A DNA stretch of 60,498 nt, taken from Candidatus Fokinia solitaria. GTDB lineage: Bacteria > Pseudomonadota > Alphaproteobacteria > Rickettsiales > Midichloriaceae. The notes below the pieces were generated by a model, which was not told where the DNA came from, searched no databases, and worked only from the letters and a program-made list of their open reading frames with translations. The stretch covers positions 1 through 60,498 of the forward strand of contig CAMCJK010000001.1 in NCBI GenBank assembly GCA_945875075.1, written 5' to 3'. This document shows positions 18,864 through 26,534 of this stretch, in pieces. The first letter of the stretch is position 1. Each line of letters begins with the position of its first letter. The position numbers and the translations under genes were made by a program.

Positions 18864-20399
18864 TTAAAGACCTTCCTCTTCCATTTTTTTTAAAATATCA
18901 AAAGCACGTGATGTGATGGCATCTTTTTTTATAGTATCAAATTTATCCCATATTGCATACATAAATGAGAGGCGAGGATTTTTTCGAAACTTCTCTCTGT
19001 GGCATTGTAAAAAGTTCCAATACAGAGCGTTGAAAGGGCAGGCTTTGACACCTGTAATATCTTTAACATCATAGTAATACTGTTTGCAGAAATCACTCAT
19101 TTTGTTAATATATTGGCCGCTTGCAGCATAAGGCTTACTAGCAACAATTCCTCCGTCCCTGAAAAGAGCCATACCTAGAGTATTGGGCATTTCAACCCAC
19201 TCATAAGCATCGCTATATACTGCTAAATACCAATCTTGTACTTGTTTGACATCTAATCCTGTAAGAAGTGCAAAGTTCCCTGTGACCATAAGGCGTTGAA
19301 TATGATGGGAGTAGGCGTGAATTTTTGTATGAGAGATAGCCTCCGATATACATGTCATATGGGTTTTTTCTCCCCAATAAAAGCTGGGAAGATTGGTCTT
19401 AGCATCAAGAGCATTGAGTTCAGCATACTCAGGCATTTTAAGCCAATAAATCCCTCTAATATATTCTCTCCATCCAAGAATTTGGCGAATAAAACCTTCA
19501 GCTGAATTGATTGAAACCTTACCTTGCATATATGCTGCTTCAGCTTTTTGACACACCTCAAGAGGCAATAAAAGACCAATATTAATATATGAAGATAAAA
19601 GAGAGTGATAAACATAAGCATTACCCTTAAGCATAGCATCTTGATAATGGCCAAAATATGGTAAAATATTCTCAATAAAATGGTCCAATTCCATTAAGGC
19701 TTGATCTTTAGTAATTGCATAATCAAAAGGGGCCAAATCACCAAAATGATCGTTAAAATTATTGCGCACTAATTCTAAAACATTTTTTAAAATTTCGGAT
19801 TTTTTATGACTTATGCGCTTTATCGGGATGATATTCAAAGACGGTGGTTTGCGATTATCTTTATCATAGTTCCAAAGACCTCCTGTTGGCTGTCCATCTG
19901 GCTCCATTAAAATATTATACTTTTTTCGCATATTCCGATAAAAGTACTCCATTCTTAGCTCTTTTTTAGTACCAGCCCATTTTTTAAATTCCTCTATGCT
20001 AGATAAAAAACGATCATCTGCTCGAATTTCCACATCAACATCTAAAGATTTTTCCAATGAGTGTATAGTTTTTTGAAAATGATATTCGCCAGGCTCCGTT
20101 ACAATGATTTTTTTAATGGAAAGGCTATGAACAGCACGCTTAACTTCTTGGGCAAGATTATGTGTATTGAAGGCATCATTGAAATCAATGTACCGAACAT
20201 TTATCCCTTTATTAGTTAGCTCTTCAGCAAAGTGACGCATGGCTGAAAACCACAGTGCAATTTTTTTAGGATGATGCTCAACACGTGTTACTTCATCCTG
20301 TAATTCAAACATTAAAACAGTATCGCTTGGCTGGACATCTTTTAAGGATGATATAGAAAGGGATAATTGATCCCAAAAAACAACACGAAGTATACTCAT
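18864..20399 (-). CDS. cryptochrome/photolyase family protein, FeS-BCP (PhrB/CryB-like) class
   Basis: 511 aa. The blocks GFIRQILGWREY, HIQRLMVTGNFALL and ACPFNALYW are typical of the photolyase-related (6-4)/CryPro group. Cys350, Cys438 and Cys454 sit at the spacing (88, 16) I recall for the 4Fe-4S ligands of Agrobacterium PhrB. Confidence 0.85.
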   Translation of the reverse strand: MSILRVVFWDQLSLSISSLKDVQPSDTVLMFELQDEVTRVEHHPKKIALWFSAMRHFAEELTNKGINVRYIDFNDAFNTHNLAQEVKRAVHSLSIKKIIVTEPGEYHFQKTIHSLEKSLDVDVEIRADDRFLSSIEEFKKWAGTKKELRMEYFYRNMRKKYNILMEPDGQPTGGLWNYDKDNRKPPSLNIIPIKRISHKKSEILKNVLELVRNNFNDHFGDLAPFDYAITKDQALMELDHFIENILPYFGHYQDAMLKGNAYVYHSLLSSYINIGLLLPLEVCQKAEAAYMQGKVSINSAEGFIRQILGWREYIRGIYWLKMPEYAELNALDAKTNLPSFYWGEKTHMTCISEAISHTKIHAYSHHIQRLMVTGNFALLTGLDVKQVQDWYLAVYSDAYEWVEMPNTLGMALFRDGGIVASKPYAASGQYINKMSDFCKQYYYDVKDITGVKACPFNALYWNFLQCHREKFRKNPRLSFMYAIWDKFDTIKKDAITSRAFDILKKMEEEGL

Positions 20400-21040
20400 A
20401 AATGGTCTTTCTCATGATATTCAGCTAAAGCTTTTTCAATGGCTGTTTTAAAACGATCACTTTGAGGAGATGTAGTTGAATGGAAATAATCAATCAGCTT
20501 ACCTTGACGACTAATAAGATATTTATGGAAATTCCATTTAGGACCTGTTCCAAAACCCAATATCTCTTTTGCCCATATGAAAAAGGGGTGTGCATTATCT
20601 CCTGAAACTTTTTCTTTTTGAGCCATAGGAAATGTGACCATATAATTCAATTGACAAAAAGCTTTAATCTCATCATTGCTTCCTGGCTCTTGACCTCCAA
20701 AATCATTACTGGGCACTCCAATAATAACTAGCCCTTTACCTTTATACTCTTCATAAATTTTTTCAAGATCAGTATATTGTGATGTAAAACCACATTTGGA
20801 AGCGGTATTAACAATTACAATGACTTTGCCTTTGAAATCTACAAGACTAAGTTTTCTATTCTCATTAATAGATGTAAAAGAAAAATCATACGCAGTTTTT
20901 TCAATCTTCTTCTCAGAAGAAATAGCATTGTTAACATTCATAATGATAGCTCCTATAATAATAAAAGTTGATAAGATTTTCATCATTTTAAATCTGGTTT
21001 CCGTTTTTGGTATTGACATCGATAGTAAGAATACGATCAC
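20396..21040 (-). CDS. glutathione peroxidase (Cys-type), exported
   Basis: GPx motifs NTASKCGFTSQY, GVPSNDFGGQEPG and WNFHKYLI. Signal-like N-terminus. The real start may be the MMKIL Met at 20986. A 4-nt ATGA overlap links it to the downstream photolyase gene. Confidence 0.88.
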   Translation of the reverse strand: MIVFLLSMSIPKTETRFKMMKILSTFIIIGAIIMNVNNAISSEKKIEKTAYDFSFTSINENRKLSLVDFKGKVIVIVNTASKCGFTSQYTDLEKIYEEYKGKGLVIIGVPSNDFGGQEPGSNDEIKAFCQLNYMVTFPMAQKEKVSGDNAHPFFIWAKEILGFGTGPKWNFHKYLISRQGKLIDYFHSTTSPQSDRFKTAIEKALAEYHEKDHL

Positions 21041-21155
21041 CTATATAATTATATTCTTTATAGATTTTGATATTGTGATGAAGATATAACAAATAAGCAA
21101 TTCCTAGCTCCAAAATATCTGTTCCAATAGCGCATATTATTATACCACACATTTA

Positions 21156-21314
21156 TCACCTAAATATTTTTGAAAGTGATTGTTGAATCGTTGGATAAAA
21201 AAATTCAAATCCATGACACATTGCCTTTTCTGGTAAGACTTTTTGTCTATTGATCACAATTTCTTCATTCATACGCAACAGCTCTGTCATTAGCATTATT
21301 ATTTTAGCGTGACA
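21156..21314 (-). pseudogene. relic of the C-terminus of a YfcH/TIGR01777-type epimerase
   Basis: A short open frame reads ...MTELLRMNEEIVINRQKVLPEKAMCHGFEFFYPTIQQSLSKIFR*. This matches the C-terminal signature I recall (sgQrvlPkkLl..GF.F.YP.l..AL). There is no upstream body of the gene. Confidence 0.4.
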
Positions 21315-21320
21315 TCAATA

Positions 21321-21764
21321 TTACTTCTTCCACGCCACAGTTAGGATGCTTTGTGTTGTATCCTCCATAAATTTTTCACCCTGCATGCTATAACCATTTT
21401 TTACCAACATTGCGCGTAGTTCAGTCGCATTATAGATTTGAAGGGAAAATGTGTTATAGAATCTCTCTGGTTTCTCGGCATTTTTTTGAATCAACAAAAC
21501 ATCATATGAGGTGAGGATACCTCGTTCGCGATCGATTGTAGAGCATTGTGCTCCGAGAACCTGAGTATCGCCTACCTTTTTATGAATCTGGTAAGCAAAA
21601 TCAGCAACAACTGTGTCGGTCATAGAGTCCACATTGAAAATATCGAAGATGTAAATGCCGCCATCATTTAAATTTTCGTGGATATTACGCAATGTTTTTT
21701 CAAAATCTGCTTTTGTCACATGACCTATGTTATAAAAACTCATACAATACCTCCTACAAACCAC
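21321..21764 (-). pseudogene. 5'-truncated class I SAM-dependent methyltransferase
   Basis: The 147-aa ORF starts within the post-motif-I region (...IGHVTKADFEKTLRNIHENLNDGGIYIFDIFN). The SAM-binding GxGxG N-terminal half is absent. Its 5' end runs into the stop of the upstream GNAT gene. Confidence 0.55.
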
Positions 21765-22223
21765 TCAGATGCAATAGATAGATTTTGATCAATCAAAAAC
21801 TTGCGTTTTGGTTCATCATGGGCACCGCAGACAACAAGAATTTGAGTGGCACCTCTAGCCTTGGCCGCAGCCTTGATCTCTTCAATTAATTTTGCACCAA
21901 TAGAGTGCCAAAGGTTTCCTGATTGCACGCAGAAATCATCAATCATCAACGTCAGCCCACCCGGATTATAAACTTCTGGAGCAGGCATGAGCTTGCCAAT
22001 AATAAATCCTAGGATTTCTTTGGTGTCGCTTTCTGTAATGAACATTAGATGATTTTTATCTTCTAGCAGTTCTCCAAACCACTGTCGCTGTGTGTTATCG
22101 AGCATATTTCCAAAACTGAGATTGGGCTTTTTCATAAGCTAAACGCTTAGCTTTTGAGAGAAAAACCATGGCGTCGATATCAGAAAGCTGAGACGTACGT
22201 ATAACTGTGGGTCTTTCGAGCAT
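21740..22223 (-). pseudogene. GNAT-family N-acetyltransferase interrupted by a frameshift
   Basis: The ATG at 22223 gives MLERPTVIRTSQLSDIDAMVFLSKAKRLAYEKAQSQFWKYAR*. The rest of the GNAT fold (...DNTQRQWFGELLEDKNHLMFITE...ARGATQILVVCGAHDEPKRKF...) continues in another frame as the 21740..22135 ORF. The two frames overlap at about 22095-22135. Confidence 0.65.
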
Positions 22224-22272
22224 TTTATTTTTAATTTACTCACTTCAAGCGATACTTTGCTGCATAACACTA

Positions 22273-22662
22273 TTATTGCGAGAAAATCTCACTTTTCTTT
22301 TCTTCAAAGGGGCTGGCGTCATAAAATAGCTCGATTTTAGAGATAAGCCGATCTGTAAATTCCATGAGCACTGCTGCCCTGAATTTACCAATGGGTGCTG
22401 GAACAATCATATCGTAGGCAAACATGATCTGATTACCCGATGAAAATTGCGACCTGATTTGAATATCTTGTAATATCCCGCCGAAATTCTTTGCAGCTGA
22501 AACAATAGCCTCTTTGCCATGCATTTCTGCAAGTGGCCCTATAAAATGAACATTATCATGAAGATAACTCGCCATCTTATCAAAGTTTTTTGCAAGCATG
22601 GCATTGTAATAGTTTTTAGCCACTTTTAAGTTATTATCACTTTCAGAATTTGTTGTATTCAT
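22273..22662 (-). CDS. SnoaL-like / NTF2-fold protein
   Basis: 129 aa. The pattern KNYYNAMLAKNFDKMASYLHDNVHFIGPL...GKEAI is typical of SnoaL/ketosteroid-isomerase-like proteins. It is divergent from a MarR-type gene. Confidence 0.7.
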   Translation of the reverse strand: MNTTNSESDNNLKVAKNYYNAMLAKNFDKMASYLHDNVHFIGPLAEMHGKEAIVSAAKNFGGILQDIQIRSQFSSGNQIMFAYDMIVPAPIGKFRAAVLMEFTDRLISKIELFYDASPFEEKKSEIFSQ

Positions 22663-22702
22663 ATCGAACTTTTATTATAGTATAAGCACACTGATAATAT
22701 AA

Positions 22703-23183
22703 TGTAAGGGAGCTAATATAGCAATACCTAAAGAAATAAATGTCACAGGTTTGTTAGGTTATAAACTAAAACAGACACAGCTTGCGCCTTCGCATGGACG
22801 AAGCTTTAAGAACTCTTGATCTGACAACGCTGCATGATGCTGTCCTGGCCCAATTAGAGCTCCGGCCTGGCATATCTAATGCGGCTCTAGCCTGCTCCTC
22901 ATTTATTACAGCTCAAACCATGCATGGTATCGTCTCTAATTTAGAAAAAAGGAACCTCGTAAAAAGAAAAAGCGATCCGCAGCACGGCAGGATTTTGTGC
23001 ACAGAATTAACAAAACAAGGAATGAAAGTTGTCCAGCAAGCTCATAACATTATCAGTAAAGTCGAAGCAAGCATGACCTCTACCATCACCGAAGACAACA
23101 AGGTCCTGTTGGAGAAGTTGCTTCTGGAGTGTTTTAATAATCTACACGCCAACAGAATGGCTCCTGATATCGAAGATCAGTGA
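22703..23183 (+). pseudogene. MarR-family transcriptional regulator, 5' end apparently frameshifted
   Basis: The winged-helix core (LELRPGISNAALACSSFITAQTMHGIVSNLEKRNLVKRKSDPQHGRILCTELTKQG) is intact from 22782. The expected first helix (TGLLGYKLKQTQLA) lies in a different frame just upstream (22742-22786) and has no start codon. Confidence 0.5.
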
Positions 23184-23532
23184 ATGCTAAATGTATTATG
23201 GACATAATCTAAACTGACCATATCACAGTAAAATTCTCGCTCTGCGGGTACGTCCGCCATTCTCCGCCCCAATAACGAACCTCGAGACCTATTTTCAGAA
23301 AACCCAGTAAAATCAAGGGTTCTGGACATGCGTACCTTCGAGTCGGACGTTCGCATGTAACGGAGAAACGGAGAACAAAAAGGGAGATTTTGGGGTAAAA
23401 TTGATGATTTTGTGATTCTCTAGGTACGCATGTGTAGGAGGACTAAAATGCGCTAAAGCCTATGAATACTGGGGTTCAGATGGGTGTTTGATAATTTAAA
23501 AATTACGCACAAAAAGTTTTGAGCCTGTAATC

Positions 23533-23622
23533 TGGCGGAGAGAGAGGGATTCGAACCCTCGATACAGTCACCCGTATACCTTCTTAGCAGGAAGGCGCCT
23601 TCGACCACTCGGCCATCTCTCC
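23533..23622 (-). tRNA. tRNA-Ser (anticodon GCU), CCA encoded
   Basis: The reverse complement folds by hand. Acceptor GGAGAGA/TCTCTCC, anticodon stem CCTTC/GAAGG with loop CTGCTAA, a long variable arm, T-arm GAGGG-TTCGAAT-CCCTC, and 3' GCCA. Confidence 0.92.
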
Positions 23623-23635
23623 ATAGACTTTATTA

Positions 23636-23710
23636 TGGTGCCGCTGGCAAGAATTGAACCTGCGACCTCTTCATTACCAATGAAGTGCACTACCACTGTG
23701 CTACAGCGGC
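23636..23710 (-). tRNA. tRNA-Thr (anticodon GGU), CCA encoded
   Basis: The reverse complement is GCCGCTGTAGCACAGTGGTAGTGCACTTCATTGGTAATGAAGAGGTCGCAGGTTCAATTCTTGCCAGCGGCACCA. Acceptor GCCGCTG/CAGCGGC, D stem GCAC/GTGC, anticodon stem CTTCA/TGAAG with loop TTGGTAA, and T-arm GCAGG/CTTGC. Confidence 0.92.
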
Positions 23711-23872
23711 TTTAAAAGCCTTACATAATTCTATATCTTATATAATCAAAGTTTTCAAGGTTTTTGATTAATCTATTTTTACCATATTTGAGTGATTTTT
23801 AGTGTAAAGAAAATTCTATATAATCAAAGATTTAATTAAAGTCATTGCTAGGTACAATTAATAGCAGTATAT

Positions 23873-23932
23873 TTAATATATAATAAACTTTATTCAATAA
23901 AATTAATATATAATAAACTTTATTCAATAAAA
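23873..23932. repeat. perfect 30-bp x 2 tandem repeat
   Basis: ttaatatataataaactttattcaataaaa occurs twice in immediate succession, 80 nt upstream of the ATG at 24013. Confidence 0.9.
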
Positions 23933-24012
23933 TAATTTTTTTTAATCTTCTTGTAATATTTGCAGTATATGATGCAAGATAAACTAAACAAACTTAAAAA
24001 TAATAAATTAAT

Positions 24013-25812
24013 ATGCAAAGCTCTAAATCAATACAAATAATTTCTCCAGAGATTTTAAAAACATGTAGCCATCCCACATTCGAAGCAAGCCCAGACAGTA
24101 GCAAATATGGATATGGATGGACAATACACAGTGATATATTAACAAAAATTATAAATCATTATACAAAACTTAAAAGTGGCACAATCCCTGTTGGTGCAAA
24201 CTTGCAAGCCCAGTTAGCCCAGTTAAACAAATCTCAGAAAGATTTTAAGGAACTTACAACAAAAGAATTCCTAAACTGCCTAATAAACAGCAAGGCAATT
24301 CTGGCCATGATGGAAGAAACTGTAAAAAATAATTTTAAAAGCAAAGATGAGTTTGGAGGTCCTGAAAATGCTTGGACCAAGGCTGAGGCTAGTCTTTTAT
24401 CTGGCATCTCTCTATCTGCAGGTGTGGAAATTTATGGCAGAGGATTGAGAACCGCAAAATTTGACGCAACAAATCATCGTCAAGAGCTAAATGCTCATGA
24501 TGAACCTTTCGATGGCATAGTACATTATGCTAATGGTACTCTGCTACAACCAGGATCAGAAGAGTATGATGCAATAGTAAAAGGTGGTAAAATAGATCAA
24601 ACAGCATATAATGAATTTTATGAGCATCACTTATTACCAAGTTTACTTATTGCAAGTCAGAATGCACTAAAGGCTAGCACCAAAGCAATAGTTACATGCA
24701 CTGGCCTTGGGTGTGGATGTTTTGCTGGTAAATTTGATGCAGCTAAAATGGGCTATACAGGGAGTGCATCTGAAAGTTTTGACAATATGCTCCGAAACAT
24801 CCTAAAAACACATTCTAAAGAACTGCAGGGAATCGCGCTAGTACAAAGAGAAGGAGGTGGAGTAAAGGGCGGAGAAGATTTTGATGAAGAATGCAATGGT
24901 ATAGTATTTAGAAAATGTGCAGGCTTTCTTGGCCTATTAAATAAGCCAGAGTACTGGCAGAAGAAAATAAATGTAAAAGACTCGGAAGAATTAAAGACAG
25001 AAGATTTTAAAGCATATCAGCTAAATAAAATTGTTGCTTGGGATCCTTTGTCATTTATTGGTAATGAGGGGCAATATGGATATAATCAAAAAGGTCAATC
25101 AGATGATCCAGCAAGTTTCTTAGATACAAATGGTGGTGCTATTACAAATGGGTGGTCTGCAAACACTGGCTATCATAAAGAATATTTTTTTGTTTATGAC
25201 AAAGAAAACCCGTACAAATCTTGGGGAAAGGTTGCAAAGGAAAATAACATAACATTAATAGTTGAAGACAATATAGCAGTTTGCTATAATAATAAGTTAT
25301 ATCATTTTAATGATATAATAGGGGAATTAGAATCTAAAGTGATGGAAAATAAATATGTGATTCAAGAATCTCTAGCTCCTCCAGACACACATAAATTGCA
25401 GGATCCGCTAATCAATCAGATAAATAAAAAGATTAATGTTAATGATCAAAAGATAGGCAAAAATAAGGATGCTTCAAAGAAAGTAAAAAATGATAAAAGC
25501 AACGGGATATTGGAAGCGCTGAAAACGGTTCTTTGGTATGCTGCGTGTATTATAGCTTTTCCATATGGTCTATATCAGTTATATCAATATTGCCAACCCA
25601 AAAGCAATGAAGTGTCTAAAAATGAGCAGAAAAAGATGTCTGAAATTAACAAATTGCAACAAGGAAACATAGTGGACGAATCGGGATTGATAAGGAAATC
25701 TGAAAGCAATAAGAAAGAGCAATATGGACACTTCCAGGCAAGGGTGGAGAATGAAAAAGTTCCAAATAAAGATTCCCAAGTCAGTGCTAATGGATCACAG
25801 ATTATCTCTTAG
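24013..25812 (+). CDS. hypothetical 599-aa effector-like protein with macrodomain/PARG-like motifs and a C-terminal transmembrane helix
   Basis: Long clean ORF. DGIVHYANGTLLQPGSEE resembles the macrodomain D.IVNAAN..L / PARG-like PGGG..QEE region. VTCTGLGCGCFAGKFD resembles the diphosphate-binding loop GAWGCGVFGND of DUF2263/PARG-like macrodomains. One hydrophobic helix (VLWYAACIIAFPYGLYQLY) lies near the C-terminus, followed by a charged tail. Confidence 0.35.
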   Translation: MQSSKSIQIISPEILKTCSHPTFEASPDSSKYGYGWTIHSDILTKIINHYTKLKSGTIPVGANLQAQLAQLNKSQKDFKELTTKEFLNCLINSKAILAMMEETVKNNFKSKDEFGGPENAWTKAEASLLSGISLSAGVEIYGRGLRTAKFDATNHRQELNAHDEPFDGIVHYANGTLLQPGSEEYDAIVKGGKIDQTAYNEFYEHHLLPSLLIASQNALKASTKAIVTCTGLGCGCFAGKFDAAKMGYTGSASESFDNMLRNILKTHSKELQGIALVQREGGGVKGGEDFDEECNGIVFRKCAGFLGLLNKPEYWQKKINVKDSEELKTEDFKAYQLNKIVAWDPLSFIGNEGQYGYNQKGQSDDPASFLDTNGGAITNGWSANTGYHKEYFFVYDKENPYKSWGKVAKENNITLIVEDNIAVCYNNKLYHFNDIIGELESKVMENKYVIQESLAPPDTHKLQDPLINQINKKINVNDQKIGKNKDASKKVKNDKSNGILEALKTVLWYAACIIAFPYGLYQLYQYCQPKSNEVSKNEQKKMSEINKLQQGNIVDESGLIRKSESNKKEQYGHFQARVENEKVPNKDSQVSANGSQIIS

Positions 25813-25820
25813 TAAATCTA

Positions 25821-26453
25821 CTAAAAGTTTTTAATACTCTTGTCAAGATTTTTTGATTTAATTAGATCATTCTTGGCAAGGATTTCATTACCTAGGGATT
25901 GGAAGCAAAGATATCTATTATAATAAATTTTTGCTGCATTTGTATGATATAGTTGATGTGCAGATGATATAGTCTCAACAGTTTTAATAAGATATTGTAG
26001 GTCATTTGACTCACAATATTTTTCATACCAATCCCAATATGATCCTGGAAGATATCCACCATCGAATCCACTATCTCCAATTGCAAATTTCAAAAAATCT
26101 GAAAAATCTTTGAAATCTCTCACATATAATTTATCTGAATGCTCAGTAGTTTGATTCAATAGGTGTATAGCTTCGTTATTCAATGGATCTTGTAATACTG
26201 CTGCCTCATACTGCTCAGATGCACTCTGTTGCCTCCCAAGTAATAGATGGAAGTAAGACTGTTCAAAGTGGAAGTAGCTGTGGAACTTTTCACAAAGATT
26301 TATACACTTTGTCGCTATAGCTAATTGTTGCTGAGGATCTAATTGAGATAATGATTTTGATAAGTAGTCAATGTTTATGTTGATATCAGCAAAATGCCTC
26401 TCATTCAGACTAAGACATTCATTTATGTTGGTTGATAAAAACTCTCCTTGCAT
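25821..26453 (-). CDS. hypothetical protein (possibly TPR-like helical)
   Basis: 210-aa ORF. The helical-repeat-like C-terminus (AAKIYYNRYLCFQSLGNEILAKNDLIKS) is the only hint. It is the last gene of a co-directional string. Confidence 0.5.
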   Translation of the reverse strand: MQGEFLSTNINECLSLNERHFADININIDYLSKSLSQLDPQQQLAIATKCINLCEKFHSYFHFEQSYFHLLLGRQQSASEQYEAAVLQDPLNNEAIHLLNQTTEHSDKLYVRDFKDFSDFLKFAIGDSGFDGGYLPGSYWDWYEKYCESNDLQYLIKTVETISSAHQLYHTNAAKIYYNRYLCFQSLGNEILAKNDLIKSKNLDKSIKNF

Positions 26454-26534
26454 ATTTTAGATTTAATAATACCAATTATGCATATCATTATATCATATAT
26501 TGCGGTCCAAACTCCTATTTCAAGGATTTCATTA

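Noticed and set aside
23243-23300. Possible tRNA fragment or att repeat (cgaacctcgagac resembles cgaaccctcgatac of the tRNA-Ser T-arm)
   Set aside because: The match is about 13 nt with a gap. No acceptor-stem match or cloverleaf can be drawn, so it may be chance.
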